The position numbers and the translations under genes were made by a program. The notes under the pieces were generated by a model. That model had not been told where the DNA came from. It ran no database searches and saw only the letters and a list, made by a program, of their open reading frames with translations. Positions 18,964-30,087 of a stretch of 64,000 nt of DNA are shown piece after piece (within the stretch, counting starts at the first letter, position 1; each line of letters starts with the position of its first letter). This DNA comes from an uncultured Planctomycetota bacterium. GTDB lineage: Bacteria; Planctomycetota; Planctomycetia; Isosphaerales; Isosphaeraceae. The stretch is taken from contig CAWJTV010000041.1 of the NCBI GenBank assembly GCA_963845755.1, forward strand, positions 384,001 to 448,000, read 5' to 3'.

Positions 18964-20343
18964 TCAGTACTCAAACCACATCTTCAACGCCTCGTTTTTC
19001 TCCGGGGTGTATGGTGGGAAGAGATGATCGATGGCCACATCGGGCGGAGAGATGAGCATCGACTTGGCATGGGTCAGCATGTCGAAGCCGTACTTCCCGT
19101 AGTAGTGCCCCATTCCCGCCGGGCCCACTCCCCCAAATGGCATCGTCTCGACGAACAGGTGGACGTTCACCAGGTTGACCGCGCCGCCGCCGAACGAGAG
19201 TTCGCCGACGAACCGATCAATCGCGCTCTGGTTGCGGCTAAAGATAAAGGCCGCCAGTGGGTGCGGGGCCGCCGCAATTCTGCTGAACGCCTCATCGAGC
19301 GTTCGGTACGTCAGAACAGGCAGGATCGGCCCGAACACCTCATCGTCCATGATCCGGTCGTCCCAGCCAACCGGATAGACGATCGTCGGGTCAAGGTACC
19401 GGTCCTCCGGGTCAGACCGGCCGCCGATGACCACCTTCGCCGGATCGATCAGGGCAGCGAGGCGCGAGACTTCGCGAGCGTTGATGACGCGCGAGTAGTC
19501 CGGGTTGGACTTGGGATCGGCACCGAACAGGGCGTTCGTGGACGCCTTCGCTTGCTCAACAAACGCATCCGCCACGGACTCGTGCACGTACGCATAGCCG
19601 GGCGACGTGCACCATTGCCCACCCCATGCCATCTTGCCCCAAACGATCTTCTTGGCTGCGTCCGGGATGTTGGCGGTTTCATCAACGAGCGCGGGGTTTT
19701 GACCGCCGAGTTCGAGCAGGACCGGCGTCAGATTCTCGGCCGCGGCCCTTGCGATTACCTTTCCAGTACTCGTGCTGCCGGTGAAGAAAATGAAATCGAA
19801 CGGAAGCTTGAGAAGCTCCGTAATCTCTTCGCGATGGCCTGTCACCGCCGCAACGGCGTCCGGTTCGAAATATTTCGGCACCAGATCGAGCAATAATGCG
19901 GACGTTGAATAAAGCTTCTCGCTTAGCTTGAGCACGCAGCAGTTGCCCGCCGCGAGCGCCGCAATCGCAGGACGGAGCAGTAACAGGAGTGGGCCGTTGA
20001 AGGGGCCGATGATCAGCGCCACGCCGTACGGATCGCGGTAGACGATGCCGCGATGACCGGTGGCCGCGAGCGCCCGCGGCACGGGCGCCTCGGTCGGCGC
20101 CATCCAGTCCTTGAGCTGGCTCTTCTGGAACTCGACCTCGCCGAGGCATGCGAGCGTCTCGAAGACCTGCTCCTGGCTGGCCGTCTTGAAGTCCTGCGCG
20201 GTCGCGCGCTGGAGTGCCAACTCGTTCTCCCCGACGAGCCTGGCCATGCAGTCGAGTTGTTCGATTCGCCACGCGTAGCTCCGCGTCATGCCTGTCGCGA
20301 AGGTTCGCTTCTGGCTCTCGAATAGATTCAGGAACGGATTCAT
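18964..20343 (-). CDS. Aldehyde dehydrogenase (family 3-like)
   Basis: FFTGSTSTG, LELGGQNP, GQWCTSP, EVFGPILP and PFGGVG. Confidence 0.95.
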   Translation of the reverse strand: MNPFLNLFESQKRTFATGMTRSYAWRIEQLDCMARLVGENELALQRATAQDFKTASQEQVFETLACLGEVEFQKSQLKDWMAPTEAPVPRALAATGHRGIVYRDPYGVALIIGPFNGPLLLLLRPAIAALAAGNCCVLKLSEKLYSTSALLLDLVPKYFEPDAVAAVTGHREEITELLKLPFDFIFFTGSTSTGKVIARAAAENLTPVLLELGGQNPALVDETANIPDAAKKIVWGKMAWGGQWCTSPGYAYVHESVADAFVEQAKASTNALFGADPKSNPDYSRVINAREVSRLAALIDPAKVVIGGRSDPEDRYLDPTIVYPVGWDDRIMDDEVFGPILPVLTYRTLDEAFSRIAAAPHPLAAFIFSRNQSAIDRFVGELSFGGGAVNLVNVHLFVETMPFGGVGPAGMGHYYGKYGFDMLTHAKSMLISPPDVAIDHLFPPYTPEKNEALKMWFEY

Positions 20344-20464
20344 GTTCGTGGCTCCTCAAGTTGGCGGCTTACGTTCGAATGGCGGCCCGGTCAACGGCAT
20401 CGATTCCTCGATACGCCTCCCGGCGGTCGGCTCACTCGGACCCCGTCCACCGGTCCGCCTTTTT

Positions 20465-21487
20465 TCACTGGCCCGTAACCAGGACCATCCGGAATCGGGC
20501 CTCGTTCCTGATCATCTTGCCGTACGCCTCGGCGGCGGCCTCGAGCGGCAGCGTCTCGATCTTCGGGCGGATCCCTTCCAGCGCGCTGAAGGCGAGGGTG
20601 TCTTCGCTATCGAGCGGCGATCCCGTCAGGGATCCCTCGATGGTGCGGGTGCCGAAGACCAGTTGAAACGGGGTCACTTCGATGGGGTCCAGGCCGACGC
20701 CGACGACGATCAAGCGGCCCCGCGCCCGAAGGCCCCCGATCAGGGGCGACATGGCCTTACCGCTCGCTGCAGTGGCCAGGATGACGCTGGCCCCGCCGAG
20801 CGCCTGCAGGGCGGCGGCCGGATCCTCGGACTGGCTGTCGATATAATGGTGGGCTCCCAGGTGGCGGGCGAGCGCCTGCTTCTCCTCGCCGCGGGCGATG
20901 GCCGCGACGCGAAAGCCCATATGGTGCGCGAACTGGACGGCCAGGTGTCCGAGGCCGCCGATGCCCTGGACCGCCACGAGGTCGCCGGGACGGGCGGGCG
21001 AGTTCCTCAGCGCGTTGAACGTCGTCAACCCGGCGCACAGCAGGGGCGCCGCGTCGGCCGGCGTCAGCTCGGCGGGGACCGCTGCCAGGGCCCGCTCGTC
21101 GGCGATCATCACCTCGGCGTAGCCCCCGTCGTCGGCGACCCCGGAAACCGGCTGGTTCTGGCAGTTCACGAGGTCACCCGCTCGGCAGGGCGTGCAGCGG
21201 CCGCAATGGCCGCCGAGGAAGCCGACCCCCACCCGCTGGCCGAGCGTCCAGGCCGACACACCATCGCCGAGGGCGTCGATCCTGCCGACCACTTCATGTC
21301 CCGGGACGCGGGGGTAGCGGATGTCGGGAGCGAGGCCCTCGACGGTGAGGGCGTCCGAATGACAGACGCCGCACGCCTCGACGCGAATCCGGACCTTCCC
21401 CGGCGGGGGCGCCGTCAGTTCCCGCTGCACCACTTCCATACGACCGGGCTTGCTCACCTGAACGGCGCGATAGGTCGTCGTTGTCAT
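20465..21487 (-). CDS. Zinc-dependent alcohol dehydrogenase
   Basis: CGVCHSD, PGHEVVG, CGRCTPC...C and GIGGLG. Confidence 0.95.
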   Translation of the reverse strand: MTTTTYRAVQVSKPGRMEVVQRELTAPPPGKVRIRVEACGVCHSDALTVEGLAPDIRYPRVPGHEVVGRIDALGDGVSAWTLGQRVGVGFLGGHCGRCTPCRAGDLVNCQNQPVSGVADDGGYAEVMIADERALAAVPAELTPADAAPLLCAGLTTFNALRNSPARPGDLVAVQGIGGLGHLAVQFAHHMGFRVAAIARGEEKQALARHLGAHHYIDSQSEDPAAALQALGGASVILATAASGKAMSPLIGGLRARGRLIVVGVGLDPIEVTPFQLVFGTRTIEGSLTGSPLDSEDTLAFSALEGIRPKIETLPLEAAAEAYGKMIRNEARFRMVLVTGQ

Positions 21488-21664
21488 CGTCGGCTCCTTC
21501 GTCTTGAGAATGCGCTTCCGCCCTCGGTTCGGTCGTGCCAAACATAAAATATGCATGCTGATGTTTTTAGGAAAAAAATTCACGTTGTGTCGGCAAGCCG
21601 GGCGATTCCGGCGTGTTCCTCGGGGATGCGCCGGACCTTCCGGATCACCGTGGGATGGTTCAAA

Positions 21665-21741
21665 TCCTCCCCGACTTACTGAGCGTGGCAAAGGCGACAT
21701 GGCACCTGGTATCGCAGCGTCCGACGAAGGCCACCCTCGAC
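21665..21741. repeat. 77-bp direct repeat, copy B
   Basis: 72/77 identical to 15541-15617. Confidence 0.92.
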
Positions 21742-22026
21742 TCCGGCGCGGGCGCGGCGTGGGTCGTGCCCAGCGCCGGCGGGTGGGCGGCCGATCGTCG
21801 TCACCCTGGAGTCCGGCCTCTCCCTCGCCGACCCGCGATCCCCGGATGGCCCAGGGGCTCGGCATCGCGCCGAGCGGACCCCGTCTCGCTCGGTGAGCAT
21901 TGGCGCGTGGTCCGTTCGCCTGATCTGGCGGTCACACCTCGGACGTCCCGTTGAGAGATGATCGCCCCCACGGGCGGGTCGGCTCTTGGCCCGTGACGAT
22001 CACCATGCGAAAACGGGCCTTATTGC

Positions 22027-25000
22027 TCAGTGTCCCCTGTTAGCGCCGGCCGCGCTTTCGAGAGGCCACCGATCAGATCCGACATCGACTTGTCGCCGCG
22101 GTCGCCCTGCGCCATTTGATTTCGCGGGATTATTTCTGACGCCTGCGCGCTGGATCAGGGCGTCGATCTCCTTCCACATTTCGCGGCAAACCCGACTTTC
22201 GGCGACGGGGAGTCTGTCCAGGAAATCGGGGTCGCGCAGCCCGGCCAGGTCGGGGTCGGTCCGCCACCGCTTCATCGCCTTCTCTACCGATGCCTTGGCG
22301 GCAGGATCGGAATCCAGCTTCTTGCCCCACGCGGCCAGTTCGGCCCGCAGCCACTGGCGAGCCTGACCGCGCAGGCGCGCGCGCTCCTCGTCGTCGAGGT
22401 TCGACACGTCCTTGCCGCGCCCGCAACCCGCCGCTGCCGCCATGCACGCCGCGTGATACCTCCGGGAGCGCTCAGGGTCATTCGCCAGCGATGGCTCGGC
22501 GGCAAAGGCATCCGCGTAGAGTCGGGCCGTAGCGCATGTCAGGCTATTGAACTCGGCGGCCCCGACGAAAGCGAGCCGCTCGCACTGGTCGGCCGGCTGA
22601 TAGGTCCCCTCGAGGAAGGCCGGCAGCTTGGGAAACAGCATCGCTTCGGCCTCACGGCGGAGCACGTGGTAGATCCAGATCTCCCGCACCTCCGCGCTCG
22701 CCGCTCGCCAATCGTGATCAATGACGGCCGAAGCCAGCGTCCGTCGCGCCTCCTCGCGTTCACCGCTCCGATATCGCGCCATCGCCAGGACGATCCTCGG
22801 GGCCGGGCCCATCACGTGGGAGGCTTCGCCTTCGAGGATGGCGATGGCACTGCGGAGGCTGTTCCGGCGATACTCGGCGAGCCCCTTGGCAAACAGGAAA
22901 AACGGAGTCGCCCACGCCGGGTACCGCGACTTGTCGGCGGCCAGGGCACGATCGATCAGATCGACGGCCCGCTGCATCTGGTGCGGCGTTTCGGGTAAGA
23001 GCAGACAGGCGCGCCCGGTTCGCTCGCAGACCTGCGGGTCAGTGCTCGACCCGAACCGGGTCAAGAGCTCCCGACATCCGCGGTGGTACTCCGCCACGTC
23101 CCCGAGAAATAGACAGAATTCGGCGTATCCATACCAATCCTCATGCTCCTTCGCATGCCGGTCCAGGAAGTGTCGCCACTCTACACGCGCTTCCTCTCGC
23201 CGGCCCTGGCGAAGCAGGATGTCGCGCAACGTGATTCGGGCGCCAGCATCGCTCGGGTCGAGGGCCACAGATTTCCTTAAGCAATCGACTGCCTCATCGG
23301 TTCGACCTTTCTCGAGCAAGGCCGAGCCGAGGTCATTCCAGCTCAATGCATGGTTGGGGTCGAACCTTACGGCTCGCCTCCAATGATGGATCGCGTTGTC
23401 GAGCTGTCCCAGCTTCCTGAGCTCGTAGCCGAGGTAGGCTTCCACGATCGCAGCATCCGATCGCAGCGCCTGGGCGGCCCGGAAATAACCGATCGCCACA
23501 GCAGGATCACGCTCGCCGAACAGGTGACCCAGCTCGAAATTCACCCAGAAATCGTCGGGATGCTGACGTTGCACCCTCTCCAGGAACGCGGTCGGATCGC
23601 CACCGAGGCGACGCCAGTAGTTTCCGAATGCGACCATCAGAGCGACCGGCTGTTCCTCAACGCTGGCCGTGTCGGCCAGCTCGGGGAAACTCTCCACCCT
23701 CGCCCACCTGTCGGGATCGCGGGCGCGATCGCGCCAGGGGTTCGGATCCATGCGTCGCGCAACGCGAAGGACCCAGTCTCGCAGCTCCTTGGCCGCACAA
23801 GCCGCCCAATCGTCCAATGCGGCGACAAGCGCCTTGTGAATCGGCGACGCTTTCAGTCGCGCGGCCACGCGATCCGGGTCTTCCCGCAGGTCTCCCAGGC
23901 CCCACTCGCGGAATGCCACGACGTAACGACGGCTCGACTCAGCGTAGTCGATGTAATCGCTTTGTACCTGGTATCCGCGGCTCAGGCGAATGGCATCCAG
24001 TCTTTCGACCAGGTGCAAATTGGCGCGTGCTTGCTCGATTTGCTTACGAAGGTGGGCGGTGCCGACATCGGGTTGCTGCAATATGCCGTGCGCTTCATCG
24101 AAGTGACCCTGTTCTTGTAGCTCCGTCACCCGCGCCAGCGCTCGGACCACTGCTCCGACTCAGCCCCCCGCCTCACCGCCAATTCCCACTCGCGTAGGCC
24201 GGCGGCGCCGGCCAGGCCGAGCAGGAGCGCCGCGGTGACGATCAGGGCTGTCGCCGTCGGGTTCCGCCGCATCCAGCGGAGGACACGCTCTAGTCGCCCG
24301 ACTGGTCGGGCCGCGATCGGCTGGTCCCGAAGGAACCGATTCAGATCATCCGCCATGTCGGCAGCGGTAGCGTATCGCCGGCGCGGGTCCTTGTGAAGAC
24401 ACTTCAGGCAGATGGTCTCCAGGTCGCGCGGTACATGGGTGTTCAACCGCGAAGGCGGTACGGGCTCTTCGGACAGGATCAGTTGGAGGGTGGCCGCCGC
24501 CGACTCCGAACGGAACGGCGGACGGCCCGTGAGGAGTTCGTAAAGGATGGCTCCGAGTGCGTACACGTCCGCGGCCGGCCCCGTCTCGCGGGACTTGCCT
24601 TGGGCCTGTTCGGGGGCCATATAGCTCGGCGTCCCCAGTGGGGTCCCGCTCTGAGTCAGGGCGGGCCCGATTCCCAGGTGCCGAGCCAGGCCGAAGTCGC
24701 TGATCTTGGGGGTGTCGTTGGCGGTGAGCAGGACGTTGGAGGGCTTCAAGTCGCGGTGGACGATCCCGGCCCGATGCGCCGCGTCGATGGCTTCGGCCAG
24801 CACGGCCAACAGTGCGGCGGCCTTGCGGGCCGGCAGGGGCTTGCCGGCCAGCTTCCGGTCCAGGCTGCCTCCCTCGACGAACTCCATCGTGAAGTACGGC
24901 CGGTCATCGAGATCGCCCACGTCATAGACTTGCACGATGTTCGGATGGCGCAACTCCGCCACCAACTCGGCTTCCCGCGAGAGGCGCTGGCGATCCGTCC

Positions 25001-25355
25001 GGCTGGCCCACGCACCCGCGAGCAACATCTTGAGGGCGACCGGTCGATTCAGCCGCAGGTGCCGGGCCTTGTAGACGACACCGACGCCGCCTCGGCCGAG
25101 CTCCTCCGTGACGTCATAGCCAGGGACCTGCGGGAGGCCCTCCGGAAACAACGGCATTCTCTCGTCGAAATCGGCCGCCCCCGCCTCCGGGAACATCGCA
25201 CTGACCTGGGCCTGCATCGCCTGGACTTTCCGAAGCCCCTCGCGGACCTGGGTCAGCAACTCGGGCGAAGCATGGCACACCTCCTCGGCGGATCGCCCGG
25301 AGTCGAGCACCTCTTCGATCAGCTCCTGCACGCGTGGATCGAAGGACATCCCCAT
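22027..25355 (-). CDS. Hanks-type Ser/Thr kinase with TM and TPR repeats (frameshift near 24140)
   Basis: LGRGGVG, VALK, HRDLKPSN, DFGLA and YMAPE; TPR-like repeats in the 22027-24150 frame. Confidence 0.92.
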
Positions 25356-25370
25356 GCCCCTACCCGACGT

Positions 25371-25986
25371 CTATGGACTCGGCATCTCACCGACGGGCCG
25401 AAGGTCATCCAGTTGCTGGGTCAGGAACAGCACGCTCCGGTTCAGCCGTCGCTGCACCGTCCGGATGGTGACGCCCAGGATCTCGGCGGCCTCGGATTGG
25501 GTCAGCCCCTGGATGCGGACCAGGTCGAAGGTTTCCCGCTCGTCTGCCGGGAGCGCATCGATGGCCTGGAGCATACGGAGGCCGTCCGGGGTGAGCCCGG
25601 AGCCACTGGTGACCGGCGACGCCACCAACCCTTCGCGCAGATCCACCGCGGCCGGCTGATTCATCTAAGCGTCGGGCCACGTCATTGAGCTCCCAGCGCA
25701 TGTGCTGATTGGCCAGCGCGAAGAGCTGGCGCACGGTCCGGGGGCGGGCGTCGCGCACCGCCTTCAGAAGCCGCTCCACCACGGCGCCGAGCAGTTCGTC
25801 GGCCTGCAAGTTCAACGGCGGTTGCGTCAGGCGCGGATAACTTTTGTACAGCAGGGTGGCGCAAAGGACGTGCAGGCGGCGAACGGCCCGGTCCAGCAAG
25901 GCCCGGATGATCGGCTCGGCGGGCGAATCTCCGCCCAGCTCGTCCAGGTAGCGCTGGATCACGACGGTAGTGTGTGCTTCAGTCAT
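25371..25986 (-). CDS. ECF sigma factor, kinase-associated type (frameshift near 25665)
   Basis: Region 2-like FALANQHMRWELNDVARR; region 4 LTQSEAAEILGVTIRTVQRRL. Directly upstream of the STK. Confidence 0.85.
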
Positions 25987-26208
25987 CGCGCAGGCCCAGG
26001 CTCGGAGGGCGCTTGAAACCGGCGCAATTCTAGCAGATGTCATGGATCACATGCAGGCCGGCCCGTGAGCACAAGACGAACTGGCCAGCTCCGCCCGGCA
26101 AGTCGTTCCGTCCCCCCTTTTCACCTCCGCTTGTCCCTGACTCCTTCCCAGTGTCCTTCGGAAGAGTAGCCGACGTGTCGGAATCGGGGAGAACGTTGAT
26201 GTGCGGCT

Positions 26209-26931
26209 TCACCGGCCGCGCTCGACCTTGATGTTCTCCAGTCGGAGCACGCTCTCGACCGGTGCGCTGCCCTCGGTGCGGTGCATGTGGTACCCGCTCG
26301 GGAGCCAGACGCCGTCGACCTCGTGCCAGGTCTCGACGGTCGTGCCGGTCTGCTCGGGTCCGCCGGACTTGATCCGGAACGCGTATTCGCGGGGCAGCGT
26401 CTTGCCGCTCTCGGCCACCCAGACGACCTGGCGGACGCTGACCTCGCTCGACATCTCGCCGTGGCCGCCGTGGTTCTCGATGATGTGGCCGTCCTTGACG
26501 GTGAAGTCCTTGAAGAAACCGTGGCCCGTGAGCTTGATCTTGGTGCCGCCGCGCGACGCCTCGCCCTCGATCGCGAACGTGCAGCCGCCGAAGGCCGTGT
26601 CGAAACGGGAGGCGCGGCTGTGCGTCACCGTGCTGGCGATCGTCGACTGCACCAGCTTCTTCACTCCCTCGTCGTCGCACGTCACCTCGACGCCGCCGTG
26701 GGGCTTGGTCGCGTCGGCGCGGACAGTCCCCCGGACGGTCCGGCCCTCGCGCCGACACGAGAAGTCGGCCGAGAAGCCCTTGAAGTCCTCGGACCATCGG
26801 TAGCGGCGATTGAACGCGTCTTCCATCAGCTTGCGCGCGCGGGGCTCGTCGCCCTCGCCGGCCCGCGCGGCTGATGCCAGCGCCAGGATCGCCAGACCGG
26901 CCATCGCCAGCAGTCCTCGAGCAAGTCTCAT
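26209..26931 (-). CDS. DUF3386-like secreted protein
   Basis: Signal peptide; ARKLMEDAFNRRYRWSEDFKGFSADF and WHEVDGVWLP match my recollection of DUF3386. Confidence 0.65.
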   Translation of the reverse strand: MRLARGLLAMAGLAILALASAARAGEGDEPRARKLMEDAFNRRYRWSEDFKGFSADFSCRREGRTVRGTVRADATKPHGGVEVTCDDEGVKKLVQSTIASTVTHSRASRFDTAFGGCTFAIEGEASRGGTKIKLTGHGFFKDFTVKDGHIIENHGGHGEMSSEVSVRQVVWVAESGKTLPREYAFRIKSGGPEQTGTTVETWHEVDGVWLPSGYHMHRTEGSAPVESVLRLENIKVERGR

Positions 26932-27103
26932 CGCGGAATCTCCCGGCTCCGATGCGGCCGGGGCGGCCGCCGACCGGCCGTGGACCGTCCGCGGTGGTCG
27001 GCTCCGCCCCCTCGATGGGGCCGCGGGATCGTTCGAGCCTCCCCAGCGTAGGCTCGGCCATGTTCGTGGGTCAAATAGAAAAACTGGAACCGCAGGGGTC
27101 GCG

Positions 27104-28609
27104 GTGGGCGTCTTGAAAGTTGGTGGATTTTTTGTACACAAGAGGGATTGCGGACGTTGTTGAGGAGAATTGCGCCGAGGAAACGGAGTCTGTCATGCCA
27201 GCCGCTCCCTTGTCAGCCGAGAAGCAGGCCGAGATCGATGACCTCGCCCGAGCCATCCATGAGGCCGTTGACGCCGAGATCGGCGAACTCGCTGCCACCC
27301 TCGCCACCACCGACGATGCCCACGTCTTCGGCGACAACGAATTCCGGATTCGCGCCCTCGCCCACAAGATTGCCGCCAAGGCCCTCGCACGGCGACTGGC
27401 GCAAAAAATGGATACCACGGCTCCAGTGTGACCTGCCCCCACTGTGGGATGACCGCCGTATTCGACTCGCACCGCGCCCCTACCCCTCTGAGCCTTGTCG
27501 GCCTGTCCCTGACCAGCGCCTATTATCTCTGCTGGTGCTGTGGCCAGGGGAGCTTCCCGTTCGATGAGGCGGCGGGCTTGACGGCACGGAAGCTGACACC
27601 CGCTTTGGAGCGGGTCACGACCTTGGCCGGGACGGTCGCCGACAGTTTCGAGAAGGGGGGCGAACTGCTCGAAGAGATGGCCGGCGTTCGGCTCGGGGAA
27701 TCCACGGTCGAACGAACCACCGAAGGCGCGGGTCAACGGCTAGCGGACGTCGTGCAGGCCGGTGTGGCGCTGGGTCCCAAGGGGGATTGGCCCTGGCACA
27801 AGGACTACGACGGCCGCCGATGTGCCTACGTCGACTCGACGCCACTGGCGTCCGGCAGCAAGGCCAGGCCGGCGGCGCCGCCGAGGGCCGGATGGCCTAC
27901 GTGGGGATGGTCTGCAACCCCAGTCCCGATGGCCGTGGCCGGACGAGAAGCCGTTGCCGATGCAGGCGCGTTACCTCTCGGGGATGTACTCCTTGGAAGA
28001 CTTCGGTCCGCTGCTCCGCACGCCGGCCGGGCACGTCGGCATGGATCGGGCCGATCGTTGGATCGGGCTCTCCGACGGCGGCAATGGGCTGGAGGACCGG
28101 CTGCGGGAGAACTTCCCGCGAGTGGAAGTGATCATCCTTGACTTCTTTCACCCCGCGGAGAAGCTCACCGGACTGGCACGGCTGCTTTACCCTCAGGACG
28201 AGGACCAATCCGAGGATCAAGGCGCGGCAATGGTGTCATCTCCTGAAGGAGGAAGGGGGCGCGGTTCTGGCGGCGGTCCTGCGCGAAGGGGACTGGCCGC
28301 GCCGGGTGGGCCTGAGCGAGGCCGTTGACGAACTGGTCGGTTACCTCCAGCGGAACGCGCATCGGATGGAGTACCCCGAACACTCGGCCCACGGCTGGTG
28401 CATCGGCAGTGGCGCGGTGGAGTGCGCGTGCAAAACGGTCGTGGGCCAACGACTGAAGTTGGCCGGCATGCGTTGGGGCGAGGACGGAGCCAATGCCGTT
28501 TGCCACCTCCCGCGCTCTACCGCAGCGAAAAAGGCCAATGGGAAGCCTTCTGGAGCCGCGATTTCTCGCACAACTGATCGCCTGTACCACCAACTAATGT
28601 GACGCAAGT
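27104..28609 (+). mobile_element. ISKra4-family insertion sequence
   Basis: Imperfect TIRs (GCGTC-N5-AGTTGGTGG at both ends). AGGGGTCGCG duplicated at 27094-27103 and 28610-28619. Contains a transposase. Confidence 0.88.
27195..28577 (+). CDS. ISKra4-family DDE transposase, multiple frameshifts
   Basis: CPHC/CxxC zinc motifs, SDGG, ILDFFH and IGSGAVECACKTVVGQRLKLAGMRW. A6 run at 27403-27408 at the first frame switch. Confidence 0.88.
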
Positions 28610-28866
28610 AGGGGTCGCGTGGCGAGCATCCGGGGCCGGGAAGCGTCCACGATGAGAAACCGACCGGGGCGCGAGCCCTCCAGATGATCGAGCCCGCCCG
28701 GAGTGCATGCTGGCCTTGCTTCCAATCTCGGGCAGGGCTCGCCCTTCGCCAGGACGTCGCAGAGAATGCCGGAAAGAACTGAACTCGCTCAATAACGTCG
28801 AGAATCGGGCGAATCGACTACTGAAGAACGCGTGTCGATTCCATTTGCCTTTCGTGCGAGGTCGCG

Positions 28867-30087
28867 ATGGCGGCGATCCCCGAGTCTTGTCGAGGTCCGT
28901 TCTGTCTTGAGAGGTCCGGCGACGAGCTGCTAATCCATCGCCGGACGGGTTCGTTCGCAAGGCGAACTTTCCTCCGTCTCTTTTTGGCCGTCTGGACAGC
29001 TACAGGCGTGTGCGGGGCCAATTCGCTCGCCGGCGGACCGACCGAACTGCAAATCGTGTACGGCACTTTGGTCTTGGTGACCTGGCTGCTGGTGATCTAC
29101 GCATTCGCTTTGCAAGTCTTCGGCGCCGAATGCCTGAGGATCGGGCCGGATGGCGTGGAGCATCGATCGAAGGCCCTGATCACGCGGTCGCGGCGGGTGC
29201 CGCTGCGTGAGGTTCGCGGGCTCTCCGCCTACAGCGTCGATGTCGGTGACGAGGTCGTCCGCCTCGAGTTCGGCCTTAGGATCGACGCGCTCGGCAAGCC
29301 CATCCGGTTCGGAAAGGGTGCCACGCCGGATGAGCTGAGCTGGCTGGCCGAACAGGTCCGCCGTCACCTCCAGATTCTGGTGCCCGACCGGGCCATCAAG
29401 TATCGGGCCCAGGTGTCCGAGAAGGATGAGATGCGAATCGTCGCCCTCCGACCGGGGCAACCTGTGCCTGAGCGGCCCTCGGATAGCCTCATTGAGCTCT
29501 CGACGCATCCGGATCGGATCGAGTTCGTCCTGAGGACATCCTTCAGACCCGGGCTGCTCGTCGCCATCACAGTCACGGGCTTCTTCTGGAATGCCCTCGT
29601 CGGTGTGTTCGCGATCGGGTTCTTGAACGAGTTTCTGGTGGCCCTCGTTCTGTTCCTCATCCCGTTCGAAGTCGTTGGCCTCCTCATGATCGCGGCCTGG
29701 TGGTGGGTGCTGCTGGAACCGCTGTGGGTCAGGACCTTGAGTATCGGCCGGGACGAGATCCTGCTGCGTCGATCCATCCTGGGCCTGGGATGGACCCAAC
29801 CCATGGACACAGAGCTCGTCGATCGTATCGAGGTGTGGAAGAGGGCGGCCGACGCAACGTGGATTCGCCAGTCCCAGGAGTTCCCGGACGACCCGTTCTC
29901 GGTCGTGTTCCTCGACGGCACTGGTCGGTATGGCCTGGTGATCCGCGGGTTGACGAAGGGCGAATCTCGCTGGATCGGTGGCACGGCGTATGTCGCGCTG
30001 AAGCGATGGTTGATCAAGGCTGACTCTCCGGACCAAGTCTCCCGCACCGCTGCGGCCTCGTTGTGGGACCGCGAGTTGGACGGCTGA
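28867..30087 (+). CDS. Hypothetical membrane protein with internal duplication
   Basis: Two similar modules, each 2 TM helices followed by L(R/S)IGxDxx and a beta-rich segment. Ends SLWDRELDG. Confidence 0.75.
   Translation: MAAIPESCRGPFCLERSGDELLIHRRTGSFARRTFLRLFLAVWTATGVCGANSLAGGPTELQIVYGTLVLVTWLLVIYAFALQVFGAECLRIGPDGVEHRSKALITRSRRVPLREVRGLSAYSVDVGDEVVRLEFGLRIDALGKPIRFGKGATPDELSWLAEQVRRHLQILVPDRAIKYRAQVSEKDEMRIVALRPGQPVPERPSDSLIELSTHPDRIEFVLRTSFRPGLLVAITVTGFFWNALVGVFAIGFLNEFLVALVLFLIPFEVVGLLMIAAWWWVLLEPLWVRTLSIGRDEILLRRSILGLGWTQPMDTELVDRIEVWKRAADATWIRQSQEFPDDPFSVVFLDGTGRYGLVIRGLTKGESRWIGGTAYVALKRWLIKADSPDQVSRTAAASLWDRELDG

Noticed and set aside
21525..21542. Sigma-54 promoter upstream of the ADH gene
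   Set aside because: TGGCACG is present on the minus strand, but there is no GC at the -12 position.
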